In this document: piece after piece, positions 24,709-37,105 of the stretch | How the letters are laid out: every line of letters starts with the position of its first letter | How positions within the stretch are numbered: the first letter of the stretch is position 1 | Assembly (NCBI GenBank): GCA_050273025.1 | Contig: CP158635.1 | Coordinates: 17,484,001 to 17,548,000, forward strand | From: Cenococcum geophilum | Taxonomy: Eukaryota | Direction of reading: 5' to 3' | DNA: 64,000 nucleotides | Notes under the pieces: model-generated | The model's database searches: none | The model's input: only the letters and a program-made list of their open reading frames with translations | Told to the model about the DNA's origin: nothing | Position numbers and translations under genes: made by a program

Positions 24709-25811
24709 TATTATTAATATACGCGGTAATAAATATATTAAGGAATTTGCGAAGCGTATTATTAATATATTACTAAAACGTACTAGGACTATTCTTTATA
24801 CTAAATAGCATTACTAGGCATTTAAAAAGTCCCTATTATATACGGAAAGTTGTATACTTTTTATCTCCTTTATAAATACGGATTTAATTAAAGGTAGTAA
24901 CTATATTAAGCTTTATAAAGTATTATACTTTTATTAAGTAGTTAAGCGTTTCTTAAAACAGAGGAATTGGATATTAGTTTTAAATTATAATTATATTTAG
25001 GGCTTAATAATTAATATAGAACCTTAAGCCTCCTTTAGGTTTTTTAATAAATAGTTTTTTTTATTTTTATTTTTTTATATCCGATTGTATTATACTACGT
25101 ACAATACTGCGCATGCAGCCTCTAGGCTATGGCGCTATAGTTCTATATACATAAATCCTTTCTAGGCAGCTTAACATATACTAGTAGCTAAGTGGACACT
25201 CTAGCCCATTTTAAATACTAGGGGGAGCTCCTAGCGAATTGGTGTCTTGTCCTGGTATTTTGCTCACTACTGTCTAGTTTATACCAAAATCGCACTAAAG
25301 AAATCCTAGCTCTTTTATCTATTTCTGCCGTATTCTGCCGTTTCTAGAGTAGAAAAAGCGCTCTAAAAGATAGATTTTTTTTTCTATAGTTTTGCACATA
25401 AGAATAAGAGAAACAATATAGCTTACTAGCTTGAAAGTAGCTACCAATTACCCCTAAGCGACTTTTTATTCTGTACCTATTTTCCCCTTCTTGCTAAAGA
25501 AATAGGTAGGGAATTAGTAATTAATAGCTACTCTCCCTAAAAGTAGGCTATTAATGGTATTTTATAAGGGCGAACCTCGTTACATAAACCCACTCCCATA
25601 GGAAAATTTTCATGAGGTTGTCTGTATAGGGTATAAACACCAATTCGCCTATACACCTTATATTTAACGTGCTAATGGTAACACGGGCCGGTCCCCTTCC
25701 CCTATCCCCTACTATAGCTACCCTAGCAGTGCATCGTCTGCGGTACGCCTACGGTGCGCCTACGGTACGCCTGCGGTCCTCTATAGCCTGATTGCCTATA
25801 GCGCGACAGCC

Positions 25812-26070
25812 GTAGACCGGTTGCAGTAGAGGTCGTCTACAGTATAACGGCTGTAGACTGGTTGTAGAAGGTCGTCCGCTCTGCAGCAGACAGGTTGTAG
25901 AGGAGGTCGTCCGCTCTGCAGCAGACAGGTTGTAGAGGAGGTCGTCTGCTCTGCAGCAGACAGGTTGTAGAGGAGGTCGTCTGCTCTGCAGCAGACAGGT
26001 TGTAGAGGAGGTCGTCTGCCCTGCGGCAGACTGTTATAGAGGAGGTCGTCTGCCCTGCGGCAGACTGGTT
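25812..26070. repeat. 35-bp GC-rich tandem repeat with internal hairpin
   Basis: Unit GTCGTCTGCTCTGCAGCAGACAGGTTGTAGAGGAG, about 6 good copies plus degenerate ones. Preceded by an 11-bp CGGTACGCCTR array (~25741-25775). Confidence 0.9.
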
Positions 26071-26089
26071 TTAATAAATAGTATAAATA

Positions 26090-26348
26090 AGGTAAATAGT
26101 AATTAACTAGGCAAACAAATTCTTTCCTTAAGTACTCTTTAAGGTATTATCGTATTATAAGTAGCTCTTTTTGTAATATACTATATAACAGGCTAAACTT
26201 TAGTGTTATACTAGGTTTAAGTTCTATCTTAAAATTATACTCGTCTTAATATAGGGGTAGTTAGTTTATAAATCGTTTCTTAAATATATTAAATAAATTA
26301 TAATATTTTTAGGTATAAGAGGTCGGGGGTTAATATATTACTTTAGTT
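26090..26348 (-). mobile_element. Gypsy X, distal fragment (pol just upstream of RT; truncated)
   Basis: Minus strand de-RIPs to ..YHDLFDVFEK..DQLPPHR.EYDFKIELEPG..PKFGPLYSMS.EEL....YL.E.L.K.F.RP. It is contiguous with 40848+ once LINE B is removed. Confidence 0.75.
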
Positions 26349-29300
26349 AATATTATATATACCTAAAAAGGAGCTCTTGCTGCACCTGGCCTAAAAAGAC
26401 CAAAACTAACCAAAAAGAACCCTGAAAAACACCTAGAGAATCCCCCTAAGATATATGCATCGCAGGGGAGGCATACGTTAACCGACAGTGGCTCGCACTC
26501 GCGCGTAACCGCCAGATCTACGCCTAATAACGGCCCTCTATAATAAAGACGGGTGAATACTATACTATAAAGCGGAAACACCTCTATTAAGAAGGCATTT
26601 AATAAAATATAAAGCCTACTAGATATATCTAGTATTTAGAATTATAGGAAAGTAACTATTAGCTATAACGAACTAATATAGCTAGTAAAATAGCTCCGCT
26701 AATTTAGCGAACCTTAAGCACCCCTTTAGTAAACCCTTAATTAAATCCTCTAATGGCTAAGTAAAATTAAAAATAAATAAAAAACCCTTTTACCGGCGAA
26801 CCGCACCTAGGCCGTTATAGCTGCGCTTCTATAGTATAGAGAACTTACCCCCTTTAAGATAATAACTAAATATATAATTATAATATAACTAAATATAGAA
26901 AAAGTAGAGGGGTTTAGGGGATAATTAGAAACAGAAGTCCTTATAGAGATTCGCAAAGAGGTTTATAATATAGATATAGTCCAACACCTTAGGAGCGGAG
27001 ATATTAAAGTTACCCTAAAGGACTAATAGGTAAAGGAATAAGCTATAAGGGTAGGGGATAGGCTAGGAGAATGTATTGGCATAAAAGTACTTTATAAAGA
27101 CTACCTAGTTAAAGTCCTAGTGGTTTTTATAAGCCTTAGGGTAGAAAAGAGACGCTAGGTGGACAATATAGTAACTATATAGGAGATAGTAAAACATACA
27201 GAACGCCTTATATTAGGCCTTAAAATTACCTAAATTTAATAGCTTTAATAGGAAAATATAAACTAAGTAAATAATAAGAATAATAAGAGGATATAAGGGT
27301 CGCTAGAGACTTGCTAAGGAAACGCCGGTTAAATATATAGCTCCCTTATCGTCAGCATATATATACTAGGAATATAAAAACTTCTTATCTAAAAAGGAAT
27401 AATTATAAATAGCCTTATATATAATGTAAGGCTTTATAACTATAGACTACGCCTAAAATAATACTACTGCTATATATAATAGGGATATACCTAATCCATA
27501 TACGCAGTATAGGTGTGCTACGGCTACTATATAGGCCCCTATAATATAAGACACTGCTTAAATTAAGACTAAATAAAATATATAAACTGCTACTAAAGTA
27601 TATATAAGGCGTAGGAGAGAGAAGAATATATTAAATATAGGAGGCGGAAGGCAAGGGCTTAATAGCTGCGGGAATAACTATATGCTAGGTTATATAAATA
27701 AAAATAATAGGTAATAAGCTAGGGGGACGCAGGTGCCTTTTTAGCGTTTCCTACCTTTAGTACTAGGGGGCTAGGCTAGCTATCCCAAGCCTTAATAGGC
27801 CAGAAGCGGCGCCGCGCGATATTACTAGACTGTATAGGGATATAAGGGTTATAGGGGATATAAGGGAGAGGACGCCCTATAGGAAGACCCCTATAGATAG
27901 CTATAGTAAGCTTAAGACTAGGATAATTAAGAATTAGATTTAATATAGTAAATATATTATTTATAGCCGACCTATTAAGGGTATATAGCTAGCTAGTAAG
28001 AATAGGGAAGGAACTGGAGATAATAATAGATTTAAATATAAAAGCGCTAGTAGGAACATAAGATACGGGAATAAAAAGCTCTATATAAAATAAGTAGTAA
28101 CTAGGATATAGATATAAGAGATAGAAGTTCTAAATATCCTAGAAAAAGTAGAAATAGAAGAAGTAAGAAATAAAAGAGAGGCAAAGGACCCTTACTGGGG
28201 GTCCGCTACCTATCTATTATATAGTATAACTGCGGCAATACAAACTACTGTCTTATAAGGCCTTTACTAGACAGTTTAGACCTAAAGAAATACTATATCC
28301 TTGCTATATAAGAGCCGTACTATAATACCTATATATAATTAATATACTACCCCTAAGGATTCCAGCTCCTATATAAACCAAAAGTAGCTATACGTGTATG
28401 CTTTATAATTAGTAAGGCTATTAGCCTATCCTTATAGTTATAGTAGGCAGTTAACCTAGATATTGCAGTTATAATAATTTAGATATATAGGGGACTGGTA
28501 TAAATTATTAATATATATAACCCTAGTGTAAGGAGATCTTGTAGATAGGGGGCTATAAGGACACGATTGTGGAATAGGATAGATTGGTAAGAGAGACGAA
28601 TCCTTAAGGAGGTAAGGCCTCTGGGATTGTGGAGACTATATACTACGGGCACGTGCCTCTAGTACGTGACCGGCGACCATCTAAGGGGCGTCCGGGGGTT
28701 ATCCTAAGGGCAACCCGAGGTGTCCGCAATAATATCCCTTATATTACCCCCCCCCTTCTTGCGGTCGGCCCCTAATCGCCATTACCTTATGGTAAGGAGA
28801 TTATAAGGGCTTGTCCCGGAAGAGGTTCGGAGAGATATTAAAGAGGTATCGGTATGCCGCTATATATTATCTATCTATCTAACCCCTACTTTAAACTCCT
28901 AAAAAACCTTAATAAGGAAAAAACATGACTGGAGAAAAGATATAAGGATTGCTAGAAAACCTATTAGAAGCTTACTGGAAGTATATTAGTAGCTACCTAG
29001 GCTAATATAGGGATTTTTATACAACTCTGCTTTTAAGCCTTTATGCCGGTCTATAATTAATCACAAGTATTATAGGCAATTTGGTGTTCTAGTATAGTTC
29101 CGTAGAACCTTTTAGTATGGGATTTAACGTATAGAGCCTTGGCTTGCCGTCGTCTTTAACTGCTAAGATATAGTCTATAATTCTTTCTTATAATCCTTTT
29201 CTTATAATCCTCTACGTTACTAACGCATTACTCCTGTATTTACCCTTAGGCTATTAAATACGGTTAAGGTATTAATTAGTTAGTTAAAGAGACTTATCTC

Positions 29301-29588
29301 TTAAAATTTGGTGTATATGGTTTTAAATCTAATAGTCCTGTGCCGTATATTTAGTATAGCTCTACTACCTAGCAAATAGGGACATTTCGCGATAGTAATT
29401 ATAGCTATTATGCAATTGTTAAGAACGTCTATAACGTTATTCTTTAATACTATAGTATTGTTTTAGGTCTAATTTAACCTATATACGTCTTTAATTTAAC
29501 GTCTTAATTACCTTCCCCCGGCCGCGTAGTTAGTTTTTATAAGGAAGTAATAGTTAAATAACTTATACGCGTATTTCCTTCCTTTTAA

Positions 29589-30752
29589 ATAGCGCTATTG
29601 TAACGGAGTTATATCGGCAAGGTTGCGGCTATTTACCAGAAGGGTATTAGACGGTAAAGTATAAGGACACCTTTACTTATTAAGCTGCTCCTTTTCCTTA
29701 ACACCTTACTTTCCTATTATTAACCTTCGTCTAATTTTAGACGTATCTTTAATATATTATTAAGATTTTCTTCTTTTTTATTATTAATTTAATATACCTC
29801 TTTATTTTCCTACTAACTACTCTTCTAAGTAAATTCTATAGCGTATCCTAGCCCTACCTTTATATATAAAACCCTAACCCCCGCTAACCCATAACTAGTG
29901 CTAGTCCTACCTAAATAATTTTGCCTGTACGTCTTTAAAAGACTAGAAATCTAATAATAGGATTCTGGAGGCTTATAATAAGACGCACTATATTAGATCT
30001 AATACCTTTAGTCCTTATAATTAATGCATGCGTATTAAGAGCAGCAGTTACATTAAGGTAAGTTTTTCTATCCTTAATAGATTTCCATTGCTAACTTTAA
30101 GCTTTAATAGCCTAGGCCTAAGTGGCAACGTTCCTTTAATATCCTTAACTACTATATCACCCGGGCTCTCTCTCATTCTAGCGCAAATACTAAACAACTT
30201 GGCCAAATTTAAGACTATGCTATAGCTATCTACACTACCTATAATTCCTAGCAAGCTAGCTAGTAACGCCTAATATAAGAGTAAGGTTAGTATACTAAGG
30301 ATAGGGTGCGTAATAGGGGTAATAAGAAGAAGGTCGCTGTCTACTATAGAAAGGAGTTCGCGTATACGCGTTAAGTTTTAAAAGAGTATAATATAATGCG
30401 GTATTAGGTAGGTTACCCTTTAGGTACCTAGCGGATAGGTAACTAATAATTGCCGTAGTAAGGTCTCGGTAGTTCTAGATTATGCCAGCTAGCTAACATC
30501 TCTATTTATTCTAGGCTTAAGCGTATCTTTATTAACTATAAGCTTACGCCACAAGAGCTTCGTTAGTATTGGTTTGGACCTAATATTAGTGTTAAGCGTT
30601 TAAAAGTCTCTACTCTAGCTACACCTTATTATCCTGCCCCTATTTTTATACCTACTCGTACGCCTATTAAGGCATCTAGATCCTATTCTTATTAGCTATT
30701 ACTTAGTAGCTTAATAGACACTAATCCTACTCCTAATAATAATAAGGCGTAG
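29589..30752 (+). pseudogene. Antisense, spliced Zn2Cys6-like gene carried by Gypsy W (~346 aa before RIP)
   Basis: Exons 29589-29828, 29899-30057, 30111-30752 (240/159/642 nt, all phase 0). Introns GTAAAT..GCTAAC..TAG and GTAAGT..GCTAAC..TAG; TATAAG ~50 nt upstream. Exon 2 reads C*SYLNNFACTSLKD*KSNNRILEAYNKTHYIRSNTFSPYN*CMRIKSSSYIK. Reverting only RIP-type changes gives CQSC-x27-C-x8-CDQC-x7-C-IE. Confidence 0.7.
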
Positions 30753-31384
30753 TGGCTTTTTAGATTAGGCATTTATGGTTTAGACTTTTAGGATTCGTTC
30801 TTGTATATAGTAGCAATTAAGGACCTTAATTAAGTGCTCAGGAAGGCCTTATAAGGCTTTTAGAAAGGGCTTAAAAGCCCTAAGAACAATGTTCCTGGTA
30901 TAAATTAATAAATGGGAATATAATTCTAGTAAAATGCCCTATTAACTCTATGCTATATATATGGAAAGGCTAAAAACCTATCCTGCCTTAGGCCGTAGCC
31001 CTATCCCTATGGTTTCCGGAGCCTATCCGTTCTATATCCAATTTAACCTATTTACTCTTTTCGCGAGCTTTCTTCCTAGGTCGCGATAACACCGTAGTAT
31101 TAGAGCACTTTCTACGACTTGTAGATTGTGGACCTTAGTCCCAATATTCTTTTAAAATATCTTCGCAATAATTAAGGTAATCCTCTGGTTCCTATATAGA
31201 GTCCTTAGCGGGCTAGCCTAGCTATTTAACTTTAAATTAAAGCTTGTTCTTAACAGACTTATAGCATAGTATAGCTTTAACCTTATACCGCTCGCCCACC
31301 ACCTTAGGATGTTTAATTAGGCCTAGATAAAAGTTCTTTTCTAATAGTAGTCTATGCCATAGCTCTAGTAGGTTTATGTAAAAC

Positions 31385-34300
31385 ACTAAATATATATAGG
31401 CTATAGATGGGGGTAGCTGGAGACAATAGGCTAGCTTACTAATTTATTCCTTAACTTAAAAGGGACCTAGGTATCTTATATTGAGCTTCTTTAATAGTTA
31501 ACGGGTCTTAATATTTGTTAAATATAATAGAACCTTATCGCCTACTCCGAAATACTTATCCTAGTACTTACGGTTATACTAAAGTCTCTACTGCACTTAA
31601 GCATCTTATAGGCTCTACTTCGCATGCTTCTATTACTCCTCCTATTCCTAGAGGTATCCTTATACTCTCTAGTGGATATCCTTAGACTTCCTAGTAGGAT
31701 CCTATAACTAATTATACGGCCTTAACTAGTGATTGTTAGGTATACCATTAAACCTAAATAGTCGAACGCTATAGGCAATCTGGATTAGTGCATACTTATA
31801 CAATATATATTGCTTTAAATTATAAGCGTACTCCGCGTACGGAAGTAGCTCGCACTAGTTATCTTACTAGTAGTTCAAATATATCCATAGGTAAGACTCC
31901 AGTTCCTAGTTCTAGCGTTCCGTTTACCCATCCATCTATAGGTAAAAAGCCGTACTATACTAGTGGTCTATCTTTAAATAGAAGTATAGGTCTAACCAGT
32001 ATTAGCTTATAAAGACGCTGCCCCTATTAGTAATAATAGAGTGTAGCTAATCTACTTTAAGAAAGCATTTCTCCTTAATTAGGTTAGCGAGCTTTTATAT
32101 ATTAATCGTCTTATTAACAGGAAGGTATTAGATATACTTTAAAAACCTATTAATAAGTACGAGGACCGAATCGTATGTTTATCCTTAGCTATCTTTAAAT
32201 AGCGGGAGATCCGTAATAAAGTCTATAGCATAATATTACTATGGCTTACTAGCGGGGGAAACTAATTTAAGTAGACCCCATAGCTTATACCTGCGGATCT
32301 TATATACTTAACACTTCTTATAATAGCTAATATACTCCTTTGCTTCCTAATTAAGCCTTAGCTAATAGTATTTACGCTAAAGTAATTCCACTGTCTTTGC
32401 TTAACTATAGTGGCCGCCCAGAGGATCATTGTAATTCTTTATAAGAATCTTCTATCGTAGATTTACTTCTTATAGCACCCAAACCTTACTACCTCTACGT
32501 AGTAGGCCCATCGGGTCTAGTTCCCAATAGTGGCGCCTAGCAGCTTCCTTTCCGTCACGTTTCCGGTCTACTTCCGTATTAAGGTTAGTATAGGAAGCGT
32601 CCCTCTATTACACCTTATAAATGAGATCCGTTAACCTTTCGGATAGTTCCCGGGTAAAAGCTATTTCGTCCTATACTACTCTAAGTATAAGACTAGATAG
32701 TACCATAGATCTTACAACTCTTTAATGCGTATATATTAGGAAGGCCGCTATAAGGTTAAAGTCCTTTAGTTATTATAGGGCTCCGAGTTCCAATTACTCT
32801 ATAGCTTCACTATTTGTTTAAGGGAATAGCTTAGTAATTAGAGATAGTATATTACTAGGTTCCGAGAATATATCGGGGATATTCTATCTAGGTATATTTG
32901 GACCCTTATTGGCAATAGACTGGGTACTAGCTAAAACGTTAGTAGAAACCAATAGGGCTTATACCGCCTAAGACTTAGTGCATAGAGCTATAGGTACTTA
33001 AGCATCCTATACCCGGAGCTTATTCTGCAATATAGGGAGTAAGATATCTATTATCTGTTTTCCTTCTCCCGTTTTAAAGCCTTTGGCATAGTCTAGCCGT
33101 CGTAACGGTCCATTAGCAGGGTTATTTTCCCCTAGCTTATATTTAATCTTAAAATTAAATTGCGTAAGCTCTTCTACCTATCTAGCTTATTAAGGTATAA
33201 GCTCCTTTATAGTTATAAAGTAGCGTAGATTATAGTAATCTAAGAGTACACAAGTAGTATAGCTCGCGTGCTTAAGGTAGTATCGCCACTATTTAAAGCA
33301 GTCGACTATAGCCAGTAGTTCCTTATCATGGGTATAATACCTAACTTTAGGTCCCTAGAATTTTCTGCTATAAAATACTACTAGTCTTTAATAGAGTTAG
33401 GTAGCATCCGGATACCTATTAGGTTGCAGCAGGATACCAATAAGGGCAAAGTTTGATACATTAGTAATTATCATTAATAGCTAATCTAGGTTAAAATGCC
33501 GTAGTAATAAAGCTTCTATAAACTTCGCGCGAAGTTCCCAAAAGGCCTCCTAAACCTTTCTGGGCTATAACTATGGCTTATACTATTTGGTTAGTCCCTT
33601 CTTAGTTTTCTTCCTTACCGCCTTTAAGCTTTTTGCTCCTTAGGTTGGGTTTTAGGAAGCTTCTATAATATAGTTAAATAGGTATTGGGCAACGTCTAAG
33701 TAGTTATAGATAAAGCGCCTGTAGAAATTGGCAAAGCCTAGGAACACTTAAACATCCCAATAGCTCTCTAGCTCTGGCCACTCCTAGATTATCTACACCC
33801 GTACTAGGTCTATAACTATATCTATAGACGTTATAATATAACCTAGGAACTCGACCTGCTTAGTATTAAAGATATACTTTAACGCCTTAGCGTAGAGGCC
33901 CTAATTATCCAAACGTTCCAGCACTTCGCGGATATATTACTCGTATTAATCCTTATCTTCTAAGTAGATTAAGATATTATCTAAATAAACAACATATATA
34001 CGGTCGACTAGTCCCCCTAAGGCTCTGTAAATATACAATTAGAATATCGCAGGCGTATTAGCTAGCCTAAAAGGCATTACCAGATACTTAAAGTGGCCAT
34101 ATTAGGTCTTAAAAGCGGTCTTCCACTTATCCCCTTCTTTAATATAGAGCCTATAATAGGCGTCTTATAGATCTAGCTTCGTGAAGATCTTTGCCCTAAA
34201 TAGTTGATTTAGCATTTTACTAACCAGTAGTAGTAGGTAACGGTTCTTAATTATAATCTTATTAAGACTGTAATAGTCTATATATAGCCTTATAATTCTA

Positions 34301-37105
34301 TCTAGTTTTAGGATAAAGAGGATCAGTATGCCTAACGGCGACTTACTGGGCCGGATTTATCCCTTTTCCAGTAAGCTATTAAGGTACTCCTATAGGATCT
34401 TAAGCTCTTTACGCAAGAGGTTATAAATAGAAAGATTTGGCGGTTACTTACCTTCTTCTAAATTAATTGCATAGTCATACTCCGAGTTCTATAGTAGGAC
34501 TTTAGCTCTCCTACCTAAAAATACCCTTAGTAAGTCCCTTAGGCCTATTAGAATATTTAACAAATTAGGGTCGCGTTTATCCTTTATATTATTGTCAAGT
34601 AGGTTCCGGAGCTCCCTTAAAATACTTACAGGCAGCGTTGTGCGCTATAGTGGTTGCTTATATATAGTTGCCACTATACATTAAACCGTTTTATGCGGTA
34701 GCCAGTAAAGGGTAGGGAACTCCTTAACGCAGCGTTTAAGGTGCCATAGCATACTCTCCGCATATTACTTAAGCTAGAGTAACCTATAGCGGTTAAAGTA
34801 TCTCATAAGATCCTTAAGATCGCCGCCTCCCTACAATGTCTCTATAACCTATCCAGTAGTTCCCTATAAGGTCTCTATTATAGAGGGGTTATTACCTATA
34901 CTAGGCTCTATACCTATCTTGCTATTAAATAGGGGTTAGATTTAATACTCCTTTAGGTATAGAGCGTATACTATTTCGCCTAGGGCTATATTCTCTAGGA
35001 TGTCCTTTAGGCTTATTAGTAATATACGCCCTTCTAAATCTTTATTATTCCACTATTTAAAGGCTCCAGTCTTAAAGCGTATCTTAGGATCTGCTTCTAT
35101 AAGCTAAGGGTATCTAAAGATAAGGTTATAACCTACAAAATCAGCCGCCTAAAAGGGTTGCGGGCCGACTACCTTAGTATAGTTATATATATCGGCCACT
35201 AACACTATAAGCTTATAGGCACTGTGTAGCTTAATCCAATACTTATCCAGGAAGCCTATAATAGGTTTCCGCCACCTTTATAATGGGATAAGTTTATGCT
35301 CTTTTACTAAATTATATCGTATAAGATTAATTTCGGCGCCGCTATTATATAGTGCTTAGAACTATCGTACCTCACCTATAGGGAGTATTATTTCTAGCTT
35401 AACAGCAATACGGAGAGTCTCTCCTTTTATATCTTGCCCTAGTTGCAGCTAGGAGAGGTCTATAACTAGGGCTTTTCTTTTTTTAGATTGTTAGTGCAGT
35501 TATCGCCCTACTTATTTTTCCAATAGGATCTACCTCTAGAGTTTTCTCTTAACTTCTTAAAGTGTTCCCGTAAAGGTACTAGATAGGTATTAGATTAACC
35601 CCAAGAGTCTTTCCCATTATTTAAGGTTCCTAACTTTAACCCTTCTGAAGTTCTCTTTAAGAACGGCTTCTTTAAAGGTTAGGTCTACCCTATATTACTA
35701 CTAGAGTGCCTACGCTTCTAGTAACCCCCTAGCTTCCTACCGGAAGAGGTCTAGTTCCTTACCGCATCCTTAGCGTTTAGAACCGCTCGTTTAAAATCCA
35801 TATATACGGTAATTCGCGGTAGGGCTCCTACGCGCTTTATTTTATCACAAATTACTAGCTTAATTCTAGCCTAGATAAATCCAATCTTCTCCTTCTCGCG
35901 GACGCTGCCGTCCTTATTTTTAAAGGGCTTTAGATCCATCTATTAAGCATAAGTTTCCATAAAGTTTATAAACTGGCAGAAGTCTTAACGGTCTAGCTAC
36001 GTACTATTCCAGAATTATTCTATATTGTTATATTATATAATATACGGATCTTAGGTCTAACCCTTTAGGAAGGTCTATAGCTATAGCCATATTATAATTT
36101 ACTCTTTACTAAATTAATTAAGCGCGATCTAGTTTAGCAATCGGTCTTTAATCTTGCTAATAATCTAGCGTATACGCTCTTTAGTATTATCTTATATTAT
36201 TAGCATCTTAAAGAAGTTGTCTACCTCACGAACCCAATTATCCAGCTATTAGGCGTTAGGTTTATAACAAAGTTCTAAACTACTAAAGGCCTTAGCCAGT
36301 CAGTCTATGTCCTTTTTCTATTTATTGCGTAGGTGCCTCTCTAAGTCTTCCACACCTCCTTAGGTAGGTACTAGGTAGCCCTTAAAAAGCCTTTAGCCTT
36401 AACTAGGTTATAAAAGAATTTATCTAGCTTAGATTAAACCCTACCAGATCTAGATTTGCCCTTAAAGGGTTCTAATATATTTATTAGTGGCTTCCTCCCG
36501 TATGGCTTCTAAGAGCCTTATAACAGCTTCCTAATATCCGTCTTAAAGGAGATTGGTATAGGGCTCTTAACCTTCCAAACTTAGGCCTAGGGAAGCTCCT
36601 GCTATAGAGGTAGTATTAGCACTAGTAGCTAGTGCGGGTTTCCTAATAAGCCTTAGGTCTTAAGTTAGTGTTTAGGTTTAGTTTCCTAAAGGGGTAAGCC
36701 CGCTTAGCTCGTAAGCAGTCTATATACTACTACTATGCCAATTATAGGCTAGTGGTCTTCCAAGAGGGTTCCGGTTAGGTCCCTAGTCGGACGCGTTAAT
36801 ATATTCCTCTGGTATTTCTAGCTTAAGGGAAGATCTTAAGGTCGCCTCTAGCGCTTAATCTTCTAATTGGCCTAGGTGGGACTAAAGGGGTTCCGGTTGC
36901 TTTCCGGCAGCATTATAACCGTTATAAAGGGTGTCTGCGTTTTCCTTAGCAGTAACTATAGGTGTGTAAGAGTCTTCAAGCTCCTAGAGCATCTGGGTAT
37001 TAGGGCTCGTTCGGCCGTCTTACCTAGAGGGTTATATTATCGCAATCTCTCGCTATTAGAGGGACCTTCCTGCCTTTACGCGACGGCTTTCCATAAGGTA
37101 TCCAT
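31385..37105 (-). pseudogene. gag-pol of Gypsy W (gag, protease, RT, RNase H, integrase); 3' end approximate
   Basis: ATG at 37105. RT relics KWKTAFKT*YGHFKYLVMPF (~34070-34130) and VYLDNI (~33975-33990); RNase H YYTHDKELLAIV (~33305-33340); integrase IAMDFITDLP-like (~32205-32235). Confidence 0.9.

Noticed and set aside
25812..26070. Palindromic ~35-bp repeats resembling a CRISPR array
   Set aside because: Head-to-tail tandem units with no unique spacers, no cas genes, and eukaryotic context.
28890..30254. Apparent long sense-strand (minus) third ORF or env-like gene downstream of W integrase, including ORF 30048-30254
   Set aside because: No motifs, and its many stops are uninformative in RIPed DNA. 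The opposite strand gives canonical introns, in-phase exons and a Cys cluster, so this frame is best explained as its antisense shadow.
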